This document shows, piece after piece, positions 39,240 to 49,176 of a stretch of 64,000 bases of DNA; the stretch's first letter is position 1, and the number at the start of each line of letters is the position of its first letter. The stretch covers positions 1-64,000 of the forward strand of contig JBDHKN010000018.1 in the NCBI GenBank assembly GCA_039586365.1, read 5' to 3'. The notes under the pieces are model-generated. The model was not told the origin of the DNA, made no database searches, and saw nothing but the letters and a program-made list of their open reading frames with translations. The DNA is from Gemmatimonadota bacterium. Its GTDB lineage: Bacteria; Gemmatimonadota; Gemmatimonadetes; Gemmatimonadales; GWC2-71-9. The position numbers and the translations under genes are program-made.

Positions 39240-40577
39240 TCACGAACCGGCCGGCGACCGGTCTACCACGATCGTGTCGTCAACTGAACGCACGATTCCA
39301 GTCAGGCTAGCATGAATGGGGACGCTCAGTCCGGACGCCACCTCTTTGGCCACCATATCTCCAAGTTTGACTTCAGCTCCCTCGGCGGCCACCGGAATGG
39401 CAGCGAGACCGATATGCTGTTGCAGTGGAATGGCTACGGTACTTGGTTCCGGCACATCGGCCCGTAGCGGAGCTGCTGCAGAGTAGCGGTCCAACCCAAG
39501 GCGTCGAGTCAGCCGGCCTGTCGGTACCCCGCGGTAGCTCTTCAAGGGATGTACGTCCTGTGCTAGCCGTTGGAGTTGTTCGGGCGACAACCACTTATCG
39601 CGCTTCTTGAGATCCCGCTTGGTCACGACGCACACGTTCCGTGGATCGAGGTCCTCCGGACAGGCCCACAGAGAGCAAATGTTGCAGTCGCAGCAAGCCT
39701 GGGCCCAATGTGTGAGAGTCGTACTCATCTCACCGCTGGTAAGCAATGACCGCATCACGAGATGAGGTTGGATCGGGTATCCGAGGAGGTATCGCGGACA
39801 CATTTCCGTACATAGACTACACTGATCGCACGCTGACTTGCCGAAGCGCACGAATGCAGTCTCCGTTTGAGACTTGCGTACTGCCAGCCTTGACTTACGT
39901 GGTACTGCGATGAATCCACTCGAGACTCGCGTGACAGGAGTCGACATATCAGTTACCACGCTACCCATCATCGGTCCACCATCGATCAAGACGAAGTCTT
40001 CGATGGTCGCCCCCCCGGCGGCCCGGAGCACATCACCGTAGCTCATGCCGATCGGGAACCATGCCGTGAGCGGTTGCTGTACGTCACCGTGCACAGTCAT
40101 CATGGAATGTGTCACAGGATGGCCGTGGGCAGCACGGTGTACGTTGTACAGGGTCTCGACGTTTTGTACTAGTACACCGATGTCAAGCGGTAATCCTCCT
40201 GCGGGAATCCGTCTACCAGTAGCTTGGTAGACCACTTCGTACTCATCACCGGCAGGGTACACGTCATCCATCTCGCGGACCGTGATGTTCGTCGGTGAGT
40301 GCTCTGAGATCGAGCGTATCGCTTCCCGGTTCTTTCCCTTGATGGCGACGATCCCTCGCTCGGCACCCGTATGCTCCATCGCGCGCAACATCCCATCGAG
40401 GATCTCTGCCGGATAGTGTTCCATTACCGCTTGATCTTTGTAGAGCAGTGGCTCGCACTCGGCCCCGTTGGCGATGACCGTGTCCACACGCGTGTCAATC
40501 TTCTTGTAAGTAGGGAAACCAGCCCCACCTGCGCCGACCACGCCTGCGCTTTGCACTAGTCGGACTAGACTTGCCAT
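39240..40577 (-). CDS. pduS: PduS-like (RnfC-related) FMN/4Fe-4S oxidoreductase
   Basis: GVVGAGGAGFPT, NGAECEP, YPAGDE, GGPMMG, CDQCSLCTEMCP, CCDCNICSLWACP, QHIG; adjacent to pduT. Confidence 0.88.
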   Translation of the reverse strand: MASLVRLVQSAGVVGAGGAGFPTYKKIDTRVDTVIANGAECEPLLYKDQAVMEHYPAEILDGMLRAMEHTGAERGIVAIKGKNREAIRSISEHSPTNITVREMDDVYPAGDEYEVVYQATGRRIPAGGLPLDIGVLVQNVETLYNVHRAAHGHPVTHSMMTVHGDVQQPLTAWFPIGMSYGDVLRAAGGATIEDFVLIDGGPMMGSVVTDMSTPVTRVSSGFIAVPRKSRLAVRKSQTETAFVRFGKSACDQCSLCTEMCPRYLLGYPIQPHLVMRSLLTSGEMSTTLTHWAQACCDCNICSLWACPEDLDPRNVCVVTKRDLKKRDKWLSPEQLQRLAQDVHPLKSYRGVPTGRLTRRLGLDRYSAAAPLRADVPEPSTVAIPLQQHIGLAAIPVAAEGAEVKLGDMVAKEVASGLSVPIHASLTGIVRSVDDTIVVDRSPAGS

Positions 40578-40647
40578 GTTCCGGTGCAGGCCGGCGCCGG
40601 CTGGTACATACTCTTGTGTTGGATGACGGCAGGCCTGGACGGTTGCA

Positions 40648-41895
40648 TCAGGGGTGTGGAACATCCGATAGCACGCGGAATGTATCGCGGGCGATCAGGA
40701 GTTCTTCGTTGGTGGGTATGACATAGGCTTTGAGGGCGGCACCGTCGGCCGTGATTTCGCCTAGCAGGCCCTCAGCCAGATTGTTGTTCTTCTCCGTGTC
40801 GAGTATCAACCCAATCGCCTCCAACCCCATACTGATCCGCTCGCGGATTTGGGGAGATCGCTCGCCGATGCCACCGGCGAAGATGACGGCCTCCGCTCCT
40901 CCCATCTCGGCCAGGTACGCTCCTATGTAGTGCTTGACGCGATGACAAAACATGTCGATCGCCAGTCTCGCTCTGCGGTCTTGGTTCTCTGCCTCCTCCT
41001 CCAACAACTCCTTCATATCGCTAGTAAGACCGGACACGCCGAGCAAGCCAGAATGCTTGTTGAGCATGGTGTCGATTTGCGCAGTGCTCATTCCCTCTTG
41101 AATCGACAGGTATTCGATCAGAGATGGGTCGATGCTTCCTGAGCGGGTGCCCATAACCAGGCCCTCGAGCGGTGTGAATCCCATCGATGTGATGTACGAC
41201 TCACCTGCCTTGATCCCACACGCAGAGCAGCCATTCCCCAAATGGAGAGTTATGATGTTCACTTGCTCACGACTCAGTCCCACGATCTTCCGGTAACGGT
41301 AGGATAGATAGCGGTGTGACGTGCCATGGAAACCATAGCGCCGGATCTTGTGTCGGCGGTACAACTGATAGGGTATAGGGTACAAGTAAGAGGTTTCCGG
41401 CATCGTCGAGTGAAAGGCCGTATCAAACACCGCGACCTGTGGTATTCCCTCACCAAGAATCTCGGTTGCAGCTCGAATACCCTTGAGGTTTGCAGGGTTA
41501 TGTAGCGGTGCCAGATCGATGCAGTCTTCGATGCCTTCGATCACCTCAGCGTCGATACGAACCGACGTTCGGAAATGCTCGCCCCCGTGCACCACCCTAT
41601 GGCCCACCGCATGGATATCTGCCAGAGACGAGATATTGCTGACCGCCGACGCTCGCGAGACGATCCACCGCAGGATGGTGTCGATGGCCGCACGATGGTC
41701 CCGCAGTGCCTCGGCATGCTTCTCTTTGGGATGTCCGTCGGCTTGGAAAGTGAGCAGCGCCTGTCCTCCAACCCGTTCCACGACGCCGCTCGCCAGCCGA
41801 CGATCGGCGTCGTTAGATATGCGATCGAGGTCAGTTTCGATGATCTGGAATTTTACCGTCGCGGAACCACAATTGAGTACCAGTACATTCATCAT
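40648..41895 (-). CDS. ackA: Acetate kinase
   Basis: VLNCGS, GHRVVHGG, APLHNP, FDTAFH, YGFHGTSH, HLGNG, TNEEL. Confidence 0.95.
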   Translation of the reverse strand: MMNVLVLNCGSATVKFQIIETDLDRISNDADRRLASGVVERVGGQALLTFQADGHPKEKHAEALRDHRAAIDTILRWIVSRASAVSNISSLADIHAVGHRVVHGGEHFRTSVRIDAEVIEGIEDCIDLAPLHNPANLKGIRAATEILGEGIPQVAVFDTAFHSTMPETSYLYPIPYQLYRRHKIRRYGFHGTSHRYLSYRYRKIVGLSREQVNIITLHLGNGCSACGIKAGESYITSMGFTPLEGLVMGTRSGSIDPSLIEYLSIQEGMSTAQIDTMLNKHSGLLGVSGLTSDMKELLEEEAENQDRRARLAIDMFCHRVKHYIGAYLAEMGGAEAVIFAGGIGERSPQIRERISMGLEAIGLILDTEKNNNLAEGLLGEITADGAALKAYVIPTNEELLIARDTFRVLSDVPHP

Positions 41896-41979
41896 GAGAC
41901 CCCGTCGACCGATCCCTCGGAGGGAAGCTACCAACCGTGGGGGCGGTCTCCAGTGTGCAGCGGTCAGTGATCGGCCACT

Positions 41980-43524
41980 CTACGGCATACTCCTCCGCGG
42001 GGGGAAGCAACTAGGCCATTCGCCTTCGGTGGGCACCAATCGATCACGGGGCATCTGCGCGGTATCCTCGGAAGCCAGATAGGCTACCATCGCTGCCAGA
42101 GTGGCGTTGTTCATCAGGTCGTCGAACACGATCTTGTCGAACGTGTCGCGGTTGGTGTGCCACGTGTATTGCCGGTACTCGGGGTAATGTGACTGCAATC
42201 GAAAGCCCGGAGCGCCGGCACACGTGAAGGACATATGGTCGCTCCCCTGCCCCGGTGTGCCGGGTATGTCCAAATCTATGTGTTGCGCTATCTCGAGTGG
42301 AATCTTGGAAAACCAGCGGCCGAAGTGCTCCCCGGCACCGACGAGTCCTTGGGCTTTCAAATAGTCGATCCGCCAGGTCCCATTGTCCTGGTTGAACAGT
42401 GCGTGAAGACCCTCCATCACCTCGGGGTGATCTTCCCGGAAAGCGCCGGATCCAACCAGCCCGACTTCTTCCGAGCCCCAATGGCCGACGAGAATCGTGC
42501 GCTTAGGGCTGGGATAGGCCAAGTGCAGAACCCTCATCGCCTCTAGCATCATAACGGTACCCGTACCGTTATCCGTTGCACCTGAGGCAGCATCCCACGA
42601 ATCGACGTGAGCAGACAGGACCACGTACTCGTCCGGCTTCTCGGTACCCCTCATCTCAGCCACAACATTGAAGACCGGAGTCTCACCCAGGAATTCGGAC
42701 TCGGACTCCAACCGGATTTGTGGTGCCTGACCGTTCTCAGCTAGTCGGAACACCAGGCCGTAGTCCTCACAGCTCAGGTCCAGAGCCGGAACGCGGCTAG
42801 TCTCGGTGTAGAACACCTTGTTGACTCCCCAACCCTCTGACCACAGTGAGGTCAGGATTCCGAGTGCGCCAGCTTCCTCAATCGCGGACATCACATCTGT
42901 GGGGCGGCGTGCACCGACCTTACGGAAACGGTCGTTCCAGGCCCTCCGACCGGCATTGCGTGAGTCCGTCAGGCGCTCGAATGACTCCGGTGTCGCCAAC
43001 CGCTCCCAGACTTCGTCAGGCCTGCACGTGGGTTCGGGGAACGAGAGCAGCACGAACTTGCCGCGCACGGCGGGCAGCCAGGAGCGGAACGCAGCTTCAT
43101 CGGGCAGATCGGGGAAGATGACTGCGCCGCCTTCGACGGGGCCGCCGGTCCCCGGACTCCAGGCCAACATCGTGCCCTCGAGGGTCCTGACTCTGGGCGC
43201 AATCAGGTCGACGTGGGTGATACCCCGCCTCCAGCCCAGCCAAGTTCCAAACTGCTCTTTGCGGGCGCTGATCCCCCAGCGTTCATATTGGGAAAGAAGC
43301 CACTGTACGGCCGCGTCGTTGCCCGGCGATCCGGGCAGGCGTGGCCCGATAGAGTCCAGCAGAGCTTGCGCCAGCGGATACAGTTGCGAGTTCTCCATCC
43401 CTTCGGCCCAGATCCGCTTGATTACTGGGTCGCCGGTCGGGAACGTTTGGGCTGAGGTGGCCATACTCAGTGTTCCAGCGGCCAGGATCAGAGTAGCGGC
43501 GTGACTGAGCGACCGTACGATCAT
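41980..43524 (-). CDS. M28-family metallopeptidase (carboxypeptidase Q-like)
   Basis: Signal peptide; SAHVDSWD, GATDNGTG, SEEVG, SDH, WHT; start ATG 43524 after GAGG. Confidence 0.9.
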   Translation of the reverse strand: MIVRSLSHAATLILAAGTLSMATSAQTFPTGDPVIKRIWAEGMENSQLYPLAQALLDSIGPRLPGSPGNDAAVQWLLSQYERWGISARKEQFGTWLGWRRGITHVDLIAPRVRTLEGTMLAWSPGTGGPVEGGAVIFPDLPDEAAFRSWLPAVRGKFVLLSFPEPTCRPDEVWERLATPESFERLTDSRNAGRRAWNDRFRKVGARRPTDVMSAIEEAGALGILTSLWSEGWGVNKVFYTETSRVPALDLSCEDYGLVFRLAENGQAPQIRLESESEFLGETPVFNVVAEMRGTEKPDEYVVLSAHVDSWDAASGATDNGTGTVMMLEAMRVLHLAYPSPKRTILVGHWGSEEVGLVGSGAFREDHPEVMEGLHALFNQDNGTWRIDYLKAQGLVGAGEHFGRWFSKIPLEIAQHIDLDIPGTPGQGSDHMSFTCAGAPGFRLQSHYPEYRQYTWHTNRDTFDKIVFDDLMNNATLAAMVAYLASEDTAQMPRDRLVPTEGEWPSCFPPRRSMP

Positions 43525-43745
43525 TGTGTCCTCGACGAAGAATGGCATGATCCGTTCGTCATTGCGTGCGGAAATGTTCATTGAGGCACGTAAAGATAAT
43601 GCACCAGCCACTATTTGCTCAGTGAGGGCTAGTGGCGATCGTCCATGTCCATGCTGGACGGAACAATATCGCCGAGGTCAGTTTATCACTGTACCTCAGG
43701 CTCGCGTTTCTCACTGGAGTTGTGCGCAAAGGAATCCCTGAATCG

Positions 43746-45086
43746 ATGCTGCAAAGTCCGGCGCTCCGAATCGGCACATTCAACGCCCGGTTCCTACCAC
43801 ATCTGTTGAGCAATCGACGGCGAGCTCGACTGTTGGCGGAGCGAATCGCGGAGTATGACTACGACATTATGGTCCTGAGTGAGGTCTTCAGTGAAAGGGC
43901 ACGTCGCGCTCTACTAGGCAAGCTCTCGTCGCGGTATCGCTACATCGTACAGTATATCGGGAGTCGCAGACGGCTACGTGACGACAGCGGCCTCGTGCTG
44001 TTGAGCAAGTATCCATTCCAGACGTTGCCGGGGTCAACGGCGTATGGGCGTGGCAGGCTGCAGATCAGTGGATGCCAAGGATCTGATGATGGGCCGGCTG
44101 TCTGGTTTGTCGAGTATGCCGATTGCTGCTGCTCGGACTGCTTGGCGGGTAAAGGTGCTGCCTACGTGCGATTGGGCGTCAATGACCGTCGATTGCACGT
44201 CTTCTTCACGCACATGCAAGCAAGGTACGACTTTCATGGTCCCAAGAAGCAGCAGCTGACGCGTGAGATTCGGGCAGCACAATTGCACCAGTTGTCTACT
44301 CTCGTGCGTGAGGCACTGAGTCGAGAGCCATCTGTCACCGACGACGTGCTGCTGTTGGGTGACTTCAATGTTGATGGAGTCAGGACAGGGGAGGTTCACA
44401 CCGCGGCAGAGGATGCTGGGTATCGCGACGGTGAAGAGTGGTTCGCTATGCTCGACACGCTCAGTGAGCATTTACCAAATGGTCTGGTGGACGCGTGGCA
44501 CGAGCACGTGCCGCTGGCCGATCCGGGCTTCACGTACCCGGCAACTCAGCCCGCAGCGAGGCGCGACTACATTCTGTTGAGTGCGGCGGATCGGGAGCGG
44601 ACTCTCTGCGTGCAACACGTTGCCATCGCTCACAACCTCACAGCCGCGGCGGACGATGGGGTATTGCGTACGGAGCGCGGGACATCGCATCTGAGCGACC
44701 ATCTGGGAATCAATGCGGATCTCAACTGGTCTTCGGCTGGGTGTCATCCTCGAGATGCCCACCAAGTAAGCCTCACTTCTGGGCGGGCAACCGTGACTGG
44801 CCGAATCGAGTACGCCGGGGCATTGCAGTGGTATCGGCTACACGGGAATGGTGGGTTTATGATTGGATTGGAGGGGTCCGACTGTGGAATAGGCGGAACG
44901 GTGCAAATCTACGCAGCAAGCGATATTTCGCGTCCGCTATTACCGTTGGGTTCGACCGCGTCCTCACTCGTCAGGTCTGACCCGGGGTGTTACATCTTGA
45001 ACGGTGATTGCCTTGTTCGCGTGGGTGAGCCGCAGTCGTTGGACGTAGGTGAATACGTGCTAACTGTGCGTGCGGCGGGGCGATGA
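43746..45086 (+). CDS. Endonuclease/exonuclease/phosphatase-superfamily, neutral sphingomyelinase-like phosphodiesterase with extra C-terminal domain
   Basis: GTFN, SEVF, DSGLVLLSKYP, DCLAGKG, THMQ, GDFN, SDH. Confidence 0.8.
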   Translation: MLQSPALRIGTFNARFLPHLLSNRRRARLLAERIAEYDYDIMVLSEVFSERARRALLGKLSSRYRYIVQYIGSRRRLRDDSGLVLLSKYPFQTLPGSTAYGRGRLQISGCQGSDDGPAVWFVEYADCCCSDCLAGKGAAYVRLGVNDRRLHVFFTHMQARYDFHGPKKQQLTREIRAAQLHQLSTLVREALSREPSVTDDVLLLGDFNVDGVRTGEVHTAAEDAGYRDGEEWFAMLDTLSEHLPNGLVDAWHEHVPLADPGFTYPATQPAARRDYILLSAADRERTLCVQHVAIAHNLTAAADDGVLRTERGTSHLSDHLGINADLNWSSAGCHPRDAHQVSLTSGRATVTGRIEYAGALQWYRLHGNGGFMIGLEGSDCGIGGTVQIYAASDISRPLLPLGSTASSLVRSDPGCYILNGDCLVRVGEPQSLDVGEYVLTVRAAGR

Positions 45087-45183
45087 TCCGAGAAGCCACT
45101 TTGTGTTGGCAAGCGCAGCTCGAAGCCTCGACATCGCTGTCAACCGAACCGCAACTCGAGACTGGGATGCTCCAGGCTCTGCC

Positions 45184-47820
45184 TCAAAAGGCGAATCCCC
45201 AGTCGACGTAAAACCCGCTACTCTGCTCTTCCTTCCCCTTGAAATATGATGCAGAGAAGAGGTATCTGGAGCCGAGGAATCCGAGCCAGATGCCACCGCC
45301 ATACCCTAGATGCCACCCACCTGGTGATTGGCCCTCAACCCACACCCGCCCGGCGTCCACAGCCCCGAAAACACCGAAAAGATGGGGCATGACTGTGCGA
45401 AACTGCGTTATGTGGGTGCGCAACTCCGCGCTGCCGAATAGCGATGCGTCACCGGCGAATCGCTGTGATCGCCAACCACGGAGCGACTGGAGGCCACCGA
45501 TGAAGGCGGCATCAAACCAAGGGTAGCTTCCCCAGATCTTCTCAGCTCCGGCCCGCAGAGCTAGCACAGTATGGGGCAACGGCTTAGCTGGCAGGTAGGT
45601 CCTGCCGAGTGCTCGCACAGCACCGTAGGCACCGTCCAGGTCCCAGGCCTCGGGATACACGGAGCCATCCACATCGAGTCCCAGACCGATAAGATCTTCC
45701 AGCTCTTCGATCTCGTCCAACGTCATACCCTGGCGCGTATCCAAGCTGAGATTGAAGACCAAACCCAACTGCCCAAAACCTCCTGTACCATAGAGATCGG
45801 GCAGTGTCGCGATGAACCGACCAGTGTTATCCCTGGTCCTCGAGTACCGGAGGGTCGGGCCAAGCGCAAGTTCCAGGGAGCGTCCGGGAGAGCTGGCCAC
45901 CAATGGTTCGATTACAAACATACCCCGCCATACGCTGTGGAACTCGCGGTTAGCCAATTCGGAGATATCGTTGCCGATTCCGTAATAGTGCACGACGTCA
46001 AAGGAAGTGGCGTAGGTACGGAAAACAGTATGCAGCGAGGAGTTCTCGATGCGGTAGTCGTATTCGATCGACAGATCGTAACGGCTATCGGTCGACAGCG
46101 CCGCATTGAGCTTCCACATGGTTGCGTAGGGGTTCTTTCTGAACCCAAAGGAGTGACGTGAGAAGCCGCCTCCCATAAGCAGGCCGTAGTCGGAACTGTA
46201 CCACAGCTTGGCCCGCGGGAGTATGCGCCTGCCCCAGTCTTGCGGTGCGGCGTTCTGGTCCGGCTCGTACGGCTTCTCATTGATAGCAGTCCTCGAGCCA
46301 ATGACGCGATTACTGCCGCGCGCGTCGTACAACTTCACGCCTTTCGAAGGCGTCTCAAACACGAAACTGTCGTTGCCCTGTCCGCCAACGACGCGGATTG
46401 TCGGGCGTAAACGGTCCGCTCCGTTGATGGTGACGCGGTCGTCGCCATCGTAAAGAAGGATACGTATCTCATCGGTCTCGGAGGGGTCGAACCGCCGCCT
46501 GTAGTACGGAGCTGTACTCGCCGACCGCTCAGCGATCGTTACATCCACGTGGCCACCCGGCAGCTGTGTGACGTTCACTTCCTCCGCAACGTCCGTCGCA
46601 TGGACGTCCACCTGAGCTGCCAACAGTCGATAGAAGCTGCTCGCTACCTTCGGCAGACCCGCCCGCCTTCTCTTCAAGGCGTTTTCGAGCCACTGACCGT
46701 CGGCTTCGTACATTTCGGAAGGCAATCGTCCCACCGCTTGCTCGATCACCTCGTCAGTGAGTCGCTCGGCGACGCTCGTGGCGATCGAGTCCCACACAGG
46801 TTTCTCGAGATCCGTGAGGAATTGACGGTCGAGCAAGCGTGCGTTCCAATGCAGGCTGTACGTGCTCAGGTACTTGCCTGAGAATCCGACCATCTGTGGC
46901 ATGCTCCATTGCCCGATGGCCGGGAACACACCATCTAGCTTCGAAAAGGCTTGGTCGCGGTCGCGCGGGATAGGGTACCAGCCAGGTGTCGAGTCAGTGC
47001 CAAAGTGCGCCCACCGCCATTGGTCGGCGTGTCGGTCCCAGTCTCCCAGGAAGAAGTCTAGCAGGCGAGCGTTCAGGAACGCCCGCGAGTTCACTCTGCC
47101 TGCCGGTGACTCCCGCAGCCTCTCGAATAGGGACTCACTCCCGATGACCCGCTCCGCGCCGGCAAAGGTCGCTAGGGCGTTCACTCCCTCGTCCGGCCGT
47201 TCTTCGATGATCCCCAACATTCCGGCGAACTCGTCCCGGAATTCTCCGAGGATCGGATCATCGGGCATTACTGCGAGTTGCGGTTTCGCGTGAAGCACGC
47301 CTGCAGCTTCCAGCAGCGGCTCGCACACGAGTACGCCCACGGGATGCTGTGAGCTGATCTGATCTTGGAGAACATCCGCCGCCAGTGTGGTCCTCAGAAT
47401 CGGTGGTAGAGCCGCAGCAGGGTTCTTGTCCATCGACCGGAACGAGTATTCCTTGCCGTCAGCACCTTCAAGCCGCAGCGATCGAGTTTGTTGTCCACCA
47501 CCGCGCCTGACCGGTGTCAGACCCTGCCCAAACGTGCGCAAGTTGAGGATCGGGACTTCAATGGGAGTGGTCCAAGCGTCTCGGTAGTGATTCCCCCAAA
47601 AGAGCCGTCCAAATCCGCTCATGCCATAACGAATGCCCGGGGTCACGACAACCGTGCTGTCACTGGTTTGGGAGGGAATCTGAGGGATAGCGGGGGCGGG
47701 TGTGAACAGCGTGACAACTACCACTGCTGCTTCCCAGGACAACAACTCCCCTTTAGCCCACCTGTTCGGTGGAATTCCGGGCTTGCGTGTGGTGGACTGA
47801 CGCTTACCGTGAGCTCGCAT
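45184..47820 (-). CDS. Omp85/BamA-like surface-antigen barrel protein with large N-terminal domain
   Basis: SLRGWRSQRF (loop-6 xRGF-like), DAGRVW, C-terminal GFAF; N-terminal GGGQQT and GDWDRH. Confidence 0.8.
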   Translation of the reverse strand: MRAHGKRQSTTRKPGIPPNRWAKGELLSWEAAVVVVTLFTPAPAIPQIPSQTSDSTVVVTPGIRYGMSGFGRLFWGNHYRDAWTTPIEVPILNLRTFGQGLTPVRRGGGQQTRSLRLEGADGKEYSFRSMDKNPAAALPPILRTTLAADVLQDQISSQHPVGVLVCEPLLEAAGVLHAKPQLAVMPDDPILGEFRDEFAGMLGIIEERPDEGVNALATFAGAERVIGSESLFERLRESPAGRVNSRAFLNARLLDFFLGDWDRHADQWRWAHFGTDSTPGWYPIPRDRDQAFSKLDGVFPAIGQWSMPQMVGFSGKYLSTYSLHWNARLLDRQFLTDLEKPVWDSIATSVAERLTDEVIEQAVGRLPSEMYEADGQWLENALKRRRAGLPKVASSFYRLLAAQVDVHATDVAEEVNVTQLPGGHVDVTIAERSASTAPYYRRRFDPSETDEIRILLYDGDDRVTINGADRLRPTIRVVGGQGNDSFVFETPSKGVKLYDARGSNRVIGSRTAINEKPYEPDQNAAPQDWGRRILPRAKLWYSSDYGLLMGGGFSRHSFGFRKNPYATMWKLNAALSTDSRYDLSIEYDYRIENSSLHTVFRTYATSFDVVHYYGIGNDISELANREFHSVWRGMFVIEPLVASSPGRSLELALGPTLRYSRTRDNTGRFIATLPDLYGTGGFGQLGLVFNLSLDTRQGMTLDEIEELEDLIGLGLDVDGSVYPEAWDLDGAYGAVRALGRTYLPAKPLPHTVLALRAGAEKIWGSYPWFDAAFIGGLQSLRGWRSQRFAGDASLFGSAELRTHITQFRTVMPHLFGVFGAVDAGRVWVEGQSPGGWHLGYGGGIWLGFLGSRYLFSASYFKGKEEQSSGFYVDWGFAF

Positions 47821-47986
47821 TGCGTCCAGTCCTTCTCAATTGGATCCTTTGCCCAGCCAACATGGTTGGCTGCTCTACGGCCAACACAAATGTGGTGGTT
47901 CGGGCTCCCGCAGGGAAGAGCGCGGGGCTATCAGCTGTCAGCCATCAGTCGCCAACTTGCAGCTATCAGCTGCACCCCAGCCTGGT

Positions 47987-48850
47987 TCACCCACCCGGCC
48001 GTGGAGCTTCCGGGTTCGGGACCCACAGCACGTTGATGATCTTCCACTCGCCATTGACTTTCGCTAGCTGGAGATGGTCGATGTACAGGGCTGAGGAGAC
48101 CTTCACTGCCGCGATGCCCTTGGAGATGTCGTAAGTTTCCAGCTCGACGTCTCTCTTGTCCTCGTCGAGCTTCCCCAGACCTGCGCGCGTTCCCTCAATG
48201 AGGTTGGACGCCCCCATCTTGTATAGGAACTGTTCTCCCGTCTGGCGGTGGCGGTTCAAAAGGACCTTGTTGAGTTCGGGGTGAAGGGCTCGCTCCATGC
48301 GTTCCGCGTTTCCTGAGTAGGCCCCTTCGATGTAGTCGAGGGCGGCTGTCTCTACATCCACCCTGTCTGCCTCCAGAACGTCTTGATCCAGTTCACTCTC
48401 AGCGTTCGGCTGGTTCCGTGCCCACAGCACGTTCACGATCCTCCACTCGCCCTTGATCTTCGCCAGCTGCAGGTGGTCGTACCACAGTTGTCCGACGGCC
48501 CGAGCGCTCGCAATGTCGTTCCCGACGTCGAAGACGGTTACCTCGACGCTCCGGTCGACTTCAGCCATCTGCTCCGCCAAACCTCGCACAATCTCCACCA
48601 GCGTGGTGTGCGTGTTGTAGCTCAGGACCTGCCTACCGGTCTGGCGCAGAGTCGTCACGACCACTTTGTTCAGCTCTTCGTGCACACCCCTAGCAACGCG
48701 ATCGGCATCTGCGGTGACGGCACCTTCCATGTAGTCCATTGCGGCGCGAACGATGCCTTGCTCATCACTCTCCCTATGTGTGCCATTTTGAGCAATGGTT
48801 GGGGCGGCAGCGACCGCGGCCAGCAGAATGGTGGGAAGTAGACCTTTCAT
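47987..48850 (-). CDS. Secreted protein with two NTF2-like (Lumazine_bd_2) domains
   Basis: Duplicated AxDYxEG...HxELNK...DHLQLAKxxGEWxIxNVLW; start ATG 48850 after GAGGAG. Confidence 0.82.
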   Translation of the reverse strand: MKGLLPTILLAAVAAAPTIAQNGTHRESDEQGIVRAAMDYMEGAVTADADRVARGVHEELNKVVVTTLRQTGRQVLSYNTHTTLVEIVRGLAEQMAEVDRSVEVTVFDVGNDIASARAVGQLWYDHLQLAKIKGEWRIVNVLWARNQPNAESELDQDVLEADRVDVETAALDYIEGAYSGNAERMERALHPELNKVLLNRHRQTGEQFLYKMGASNLIEGTRAGLGKLDEDKRDVELETYDISKGIAAVKVSSALYIDHLQLAKVNGEWKIINVLWVPNPEAPRPGG

Positions 48851-48903
48851 GGCCAGATTCTCCTCTTTCAGAGCCACTGACGTGGGATGGAATATTGTAA
48901 TTC

Positions 48904-48919
48904 GATATATCGATATATC
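48904..48919. promoter_or_regulatory. Perfect 16-bp palindrome GATATATCGATATATC, putative operator
   Basis: Self-complementary; in an AT-rich patch about 55 nt upstream of the NTF2 gene. Confidence 0.5.
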
Positions 48920-49176
48920 ATAAATAGATGACACGAAGTGTGCCGCGGTGGTCGCTGGCTTAACCTCTTGATTAGAAACAATTTGCCCGAAGCAACCCGG
49001 CGTGGCAGGAAGCGGGAGTGACCGGTACTGGGACTTTCGGTTCCGCCAACGGACAGCACGGCAGGCAGTTACAGCCGTCGGCGGATCGATAGTTCCGCTG
49101 ACAGTGGACAACTGGCGGCAGTAATGTTGATTGGCTACCGAGCGGTTCTGTCTGGGAGAGTCTGACGTGTCGAAGC

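Noticed and set aside
39240..40577. RnfC of an Rnf complex
   Set aside because: No rnfABDEG nearby; domain order and adjacency to a BMC-T gene indicate PduS
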